This document shows, piece after piece, positions 58,419 through 64,000 of a stretch of 64,000 bases of DNA. The notes under the pieces are model-generated. The model did not search any database, was not told the DNA's origin, and worked only from the letters and a program-made list of their open reading frames with translations. The stretch comes from Tubiluchus corallicola (taxonomy: Eukaryota; Animalia; Priapulida), in contig JAQGDQ010000052.1 of the NCBI GenBank assembly GCA_030141605.1, positions 310,001-374,000 on the forward strand. Direction: 5' to 3'. Positions within the stretch are counted from its first letter, which is position 1. Every line of letters starts with the position of its first letter. Position numbers and translations under genes: made by a program.

Positions 58419-59582
58419 TTATACTTGATGGTCATTTATGAGGTTTTCGGTTTTGCCATTTTTCGCAATTGCAGTGGTGTGTGTCATGGCACTTCTACCA
58501 CCAACGCAGTCGGTTCGCTCATAGTCGGTCATGTAACCACGTTTAGTACGGTGCTGCGCTCTGCCACCGCAGCAGATAACTTTCCTGAAACCCTTTCTGA
58601 AATTATCAGAGAGGAAAGCATATAGTATTGGGTTCATACAGGAGTTCATGTACGCTAGGCACTGGCTAACAATTTGCATGACCACGAAAGGTTTCTCTGG
58701 TTGAAACCCAAAAACCTTCTGAAAGATGAAAATGATTTGCATTGGTAGCCAGCAGAGGGCAAAAACAACGACAACAACGACCACCATGCGTGTGACCCGT
58801 TTTTTGCTGCGCAAACTCTCGCTACTGATGGAGCCTCCTGGAACGACGCCATACCATAGTCTCATTAGCATGAACATGTAGAGACCACTAATGAGAGTCA
58901 GTGGGATGAAATAAGAAAAAACAAAAAAGCAAATATGATAAATACGGGTTTGTCTAGTGTTATCGTCCATATCCTCACTGAATCGCATCATACATCCAGA
59001 ACGGAACTCCTCCATAAACATGTATGGAACAACTATATGTATGAAGAGTGTTGGTATATTTGCCAATAAGATCAGACCCCAAAGGACTCCAACTGCAATC
59101 CAAGAGTTTCTTGTTGTTCTGATCGACATTGAAGCAATAGGTACCACCACTGCCAGAAACCGGTCCAACGACATCAAAACTAATGTGTAGACACTGGCGT
59201 AGGCACACACGCTGATCATATACTGTACGATTTTACACCAGGCACTGCCGAATGGCCAGTAAGGTAACGCGTAGTCCGTGGCTGTGAAAGGAACACATAT
59301 TATGATGAAACTTAAGTCAGATATAGCTAGAGATATAATTAACACGTTTGTAGTGTTTCTCATTTGCGAATTGCACACTACCACTATGATCACCAAAGCA
59401 TTTCCTAGCAACCCGATGCACACGATCAACGTGAAAATGATGGGAACAATTATGCCAATGACCCTTTCAAATGCTATTGTATCTGTATAGTCCAAATATT
59501 CTGCATACTGTTGTTGTGTTGTGCAGTTGGTTGTGTTGGTAACATTGTCACCGCACATAGGAAATGGTGTTGTTACCTCCAT
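58419..59582 (-). CDS. AstA-R: Allatostatin-A (galanin-family) neuropeptide receptor, class A GPCR, intronless CDS, about 387 aa
   Basis: GLLGNALVI, MRNTTNVLIISLAISD, CVPFTATDY..PYWPFGSAWCKIVQY, AYASVYTLVLMSLDRFLAVV, CWLP, LAYMNSCMNPILYAFLSDNFRKGF. The ORF is open to 59723, but a strong splice acceptor at 59627 (TTTATCCTTTTCAG on the - strand) favours ATG 59582 (MEVTT, AAGATGG context) followed by N-glycosylation sequons. Confidence 0.9.
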   Translation of the reverse strand: MEVTTPFPMCGDNVTNTTNCTTQQQYAEYLDYTDTIAFERVIGIIVPIIFTLIVCIGLLGNALVIIVVVCNSQMRNTTNVLIISLAISDLSFIIICVPFTATDYALPYWPFGSAWCKIVQYMISVCAYASVYTLVLMSLDRFLAVVVPIASMSIRTTRNSWIAVGVLWGLILLANIPTLFIHIVVPYMFMEEFRSGCMMRFSEDMDDNTRQTRIYHICFFVFSYFIPLTLISGLYMFMLMRLWYGVVPGGSISSESLRSKKRVTRMVVVVVVVFALCWLPMQIIFIFQKVFGFQPEKPFVVMQIVSQCLAYMNSCMNPILYAFLSDNFRKGFRKVICCGGRAQHRTKRGYMTDYERTDCVGGRSAMTHTTAIAKNGKTENLINDHQV

Positions 59583-59948
59583 CTTTACGTGAATGGTACA
59601 ACTCACTTCAGGACAAACCCATGAAACTGAAAAGGATAAAATGTCATTAAATTGTTGCCTGTCATTGTTAAATTCAATATTTCGAAGTTTCAAGGTTGTA
59701 ATGTGGACATTGCAAGGATTCATACTAGCGTTTTATAATCTCTATCAATTGTTACAGTCATTATCATATTCGTCGCAATGTTTTTGACTGTCGCCATCTC
59801 TTTACAATGACATGTAATAACACAAGGGATGTTGTCGCTATTATCACTGGGCTGACATGCTATTATTACTGTTACGCTGTACATACCATGATCCAAGTAA
59901 CTGACAGGAGAGCGACAGAAAAAAGGAACCAAACGTGGAGGCAGAAGA

Positions 59949-60244
<296 letters not shown>

Positions 60245-60881
60245 GAAGAAGTACAGATAGAAATATAGAAATAGAGATAGAGAGAGTTTATTTGCACAAT
60301 TGCAAGCTAACATTTAACCACCAGATTTACGAATCGTTAAAAGAATAGATTCGCACAGGGTAATTCGGTTTCTTCATGTACTTTTCCATTGCTATCACAT
60401 TGAGCATACATACGAAAGAAAGAGGGGGGATACTTTGAACAACCGTCATTGCTTTTTAGGATAAAAGCACACTGGAGTTGTGCTGTGAACCTTCACTAGT
60501 GTTTACAGTGTGTTAAAAGTTCAAAATGTTAAACACCAGACGCAGTTTAAAAGCTTTTCCTGACAGATATGGTAGGACGGACATTCCGATTTTTCAGCTG
60601 TCTGGTAGTTCGGTTCGGAAATTATTATTATAGCTCGAATGTTAAAGATGGGAGTGATAAAATCAGAAATAAATTGTTTACTTTAGTATGGAAGAGCACG
60701 AGTGTCTGTTTATTACAGACTCATTAAAAATACCGCCTTCTGTAGGCTGTAGGCTGTAGGCAGCTAGGCACGAAATTTACATGAAGGTAGCCCTTTCCTT
60801 CAACGATTTTTACCATATATAAAACAAAAGATTTAGTGCATAGAATAATTATAGAGCACATTGATTATTTTATATTTTGCT

Positions 60882-61058
<177 letters not shown>

Positions 61059-62239
61059 CCACTCCTCTCTTTTATCTGTCTTTGCTCCACCTTTTTCTTC
61101 TACTTTTGTGTCTTAATCATTTGGTCGGAATATATCGTGTACAGGGTAGCCAACACAATGATAATGGCGGCAACAGTTCCGGATACATTTGCACACCTAG
61201 TCAGAGTGAAATTATTAATTGTAAAATTATTGTATTTTCAGTTTACCACGACTACCAACAGCTCAACCACATCATCATCATCATCATCATTATCACCAGC
61301 AGCAGCAGTAGCGGCGAAGGCGGATGCGGCATTGTTAATTTGCTGTCGTCATCTTCTCATGATCATCGTCACATCACCAAAACCTTTACGGCCCAAAGAA
61401 ATTGACAAACATAAATAAACAGCAGGATTCTGATAAACCAGGGCAACGCTAGAATATTATTCGCTATATCCTCTCACTATTTGAGGAGCCCTGCGCTATG
61501 TGAAGATAACTGAATCACGAGACGCGTTTTGTCTACACAAACAACTGTGGGAAGTCATTTCGATATTAACAAAACATGAAAACGTATTAAAGTCGCATTA
61601 AAACCAATGAACGCATGAGCAAAGCGTGTTTTATGTTGCTAGATAAATTCAGTTTGTTCCATCGAGTTAATTAAAAAGTGACAATTGGGAAAATATGAAC
61701 ATCACTATCCAAGCTCAGGAGGAACCTTAAAAACAGATTACTGTTTCTGATGTTGCATGAACTTTCTAAAATCACCATTTATCTTAGGCACACAAAGGAC
61801 TGACATATTGCAATGCATGAACAGATTGCTAATGAGTGATTAACTTTGACATTTTTTGATTTTTTTTTACCAGAATCAAAATACAAATATAGTACAGAGT
61901 AACTTTGTAGTAAACACAATATCCCGCAAGCCAACTAGGTACAGAAGGAAGCAAACCAAATACCAACCAGTTAAAATTAGTAGTCAATCAACTGACCGAC
62001 TGACACAATGACCACTCGATCAATAGATGACGAATGATGACTGAGTAAGCAAACAAGTAGGCAAGAAAAACACATAAAGATAAAAAATTAACAGGCGATG
62101 TATAATTTTCTTTGCAATGGCAAATTATACGCCTTAGCTTATTTTTGTATTGTACAGTTATTCCTTATATTGTACGAGAACAGTATAACCTGCAGAGCCA
62201 TAACTTCACTGAGGCAGTTCATCTTGAGACTAACCTCTA

Positions 62240-62640
62240 ACTTAGATGATGATATAAGTCATAAACGTAGCGATTTTATATACAGAGCTAATAATGTACC
62301 TAACAATTTTTCATTTGCAACAGTAATATGAAAATAAAAGTATTTATGACCTATTGTTACGCCTTCTACGTTAGCCAAATTTGGAAACTTGATAATCCAA
62401 CATTAGTGATATTAACACAATCTGGACGTAAATTATGGAAGCTGCGAAATAAAACTGACAGGTTCATTTACCACATACACCAGCGAAATTTCTTGCCAAA
62501 GTAAGCAATTTGAAATGCATTTTGAATTGGTGAAATTTTGTGTAACTTGTATGAACACACACAATACGTTAATTAGTTATTTTGCTAAGCAAGCTGAATA
62601 TTTAACAAAATCTGTCTTAGGTTATAATCTACACTTTAAG
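62240..62640 (+). mobile_element. Decayed LINE 3' ORF2 fragment (L2/Crack/Daphne-like)
   Basis: DDDISHKRSDFIYRANNV..NF and KIKVFMTYCYAFY.SQIW resemble the post-RT region of these LINEs. Confidence 0.55.
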
Positions 62641-63539
62641 TTAAAATATAATTTACTTAACGTTGCTTAAGTTTAAATATAACAATAACTACTGCATTAA
62701 TTTCAGTAACGAAAATGAAGCGCGAAAAATTAAAAACAGTTTTGTGACTAGCAGTTTTCATCTCACGTCTGAGGAAGAAATATTTTGTTCAGTGGTAAAA
62801 GATACCATAAGCTAGTGAATGCAATAATATTTTTTTTAGAAAAGTGTAACTTAAATGAAATTAGAAATTGGCTCTGCTTTAATCAATTTTTCACGTGTGT
62901 ATTCCATTTGTATAACATATATAAATATTGCATGATCGGTATGTGGTTATTTATGACATGTGTCATTGTAATATTCTTCTTAAAATGATGGATTTTTGGG
63001 TAAATGCTGTGCATGAACGATTCTGCCTGAAAAAGTCAAAAGTTAAAGTTTTCAAAGCGGTGCAAATTAGACATGTTGAATTAGGCATTTATTTATTGCA
63101 CGTGCGCATAACAAGATGTTGAAGGCTTTGCATTGGCCATGTGACATGTCACATTGTTTGACGGTTTACAATTTCAGAACCAAACACAGTATGTCATTTT
63201 TTACATATGCTACAATGCGAAAACGGAATGGAATCGACACAATATACATAAGACTACTACATATGTATGAATATGATTCATAAACTTCTATTGGCAATGC
63301 CATATTAGCATTGACAACTGGCTACGCTAGTCCGGTCAAAATAAGGTACGGCCCGCACAAAAATAGCGTAAAACTGAATTTTTCCATAGACATCTAGAAA
63401 GTCGTCCAGAATAACATTTTTATTCAAAATCTCTTGGAATCCACGCTGGGTAAAAGTTATATAGGCTTAAATTCAAAATAGACACCAATGATGATGCTCT
63501 AAAGTCAAAATAGCTCGTCTATGAGATGTGTACTAAAAA

Positions 63540-64000
63540 CGTTAGTCTAAGGATAAAAAAGGCTTGCTAATCGCAACAGGGCCAGAAGAAATAAATTAAA
63601 TGTAAAACCCAAAAAATCTAATAAGCCTTGGTTCAACAAAGAGTGTGCTGCTACCCTTATAAAATGGCAAAAAATTAAATAGGGAATTTTCAAAAAACCC
63701 GTATGATAGAAGCCTGAGAAATGAACTGTTCATGAAACAAAAACAGTTCAAAAAAATTCAACGGGCAGCCTATCGTCTACATAGAGCAAAAATTGTAAAG
63801 CATTTTAAAAAAAACTATTGAAAATAAAAACAGAATAACAAGTAGAATGAAGTGTTGTGACTCGCCCATTGACTCTAAAGAGTGGGTTCGGTATTTCAGT
63901 GAGCTCATGAATAAATCTAATTTACAAACCAATTCTGCCGGATTAGAGATAGACAGAGCCAGTAGAGAGAGCATTAAGCACTTTACTGTTTACTTTCCTA
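63540..64000 (+). mobile_element. Decayed LINE ORF2 fragment (EN-RT linker)
   Basis: NKPWFNKEC and EWVRYFSELMN motifs; runs off the window end. Confidence 0.55.

Noticed and set aside
59583-59723. ORF-track N-terminal extension of the GPCR (434 aa)
   Set aside because: It spans a strong splice acceptor; the downstream ATG gives a typical length and a better context.

Overview
AT-rich, intron-rich animal genomic DNA (not prokaryotic). The protein sequences suggest a protostome invertebrate, probably a lophotrochozoan, but this is inference. Three host genes were reconstructed by hand from GT-AG exon chains. (1) A 23-coding-exon single-pass receptor guanylyl cyclase, Gyc32E/NPR-like, + strand, 2925-34333, about 1246 aa. 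(2) A 4-coding-exon SLC16/monocarboxylate-transporter-family MFS gene, + strand, 38578-50149, 477 aa. (3) A convergent allatostatin-A/galanin-receptor-family GPCR with an intronless CDS, - strand, about 58419-59582. Introns and intergenic DNA hold many transposon remnants: two hATs with perfect 8-bp TSDs, a non-autonomous Helitron, Helentron-type elements, a mariner MITE, two related decayed LINEs, a solo-LTR-like insert, a Sola2-like fragment, and long microsatellites. I found no CRISPR array, rRNA, intact tRNA or unmistakably new multi-gene system. The most interesting signals are residue-level. The cyclase has Thr in place of the guanine-specifying Cys (MPRYTLFGD), three Gly-to-acidic changes and a ~45-aa helical insert in its ligand-binding domain. 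The SLC16 lacks the conserved TM8 arginine.
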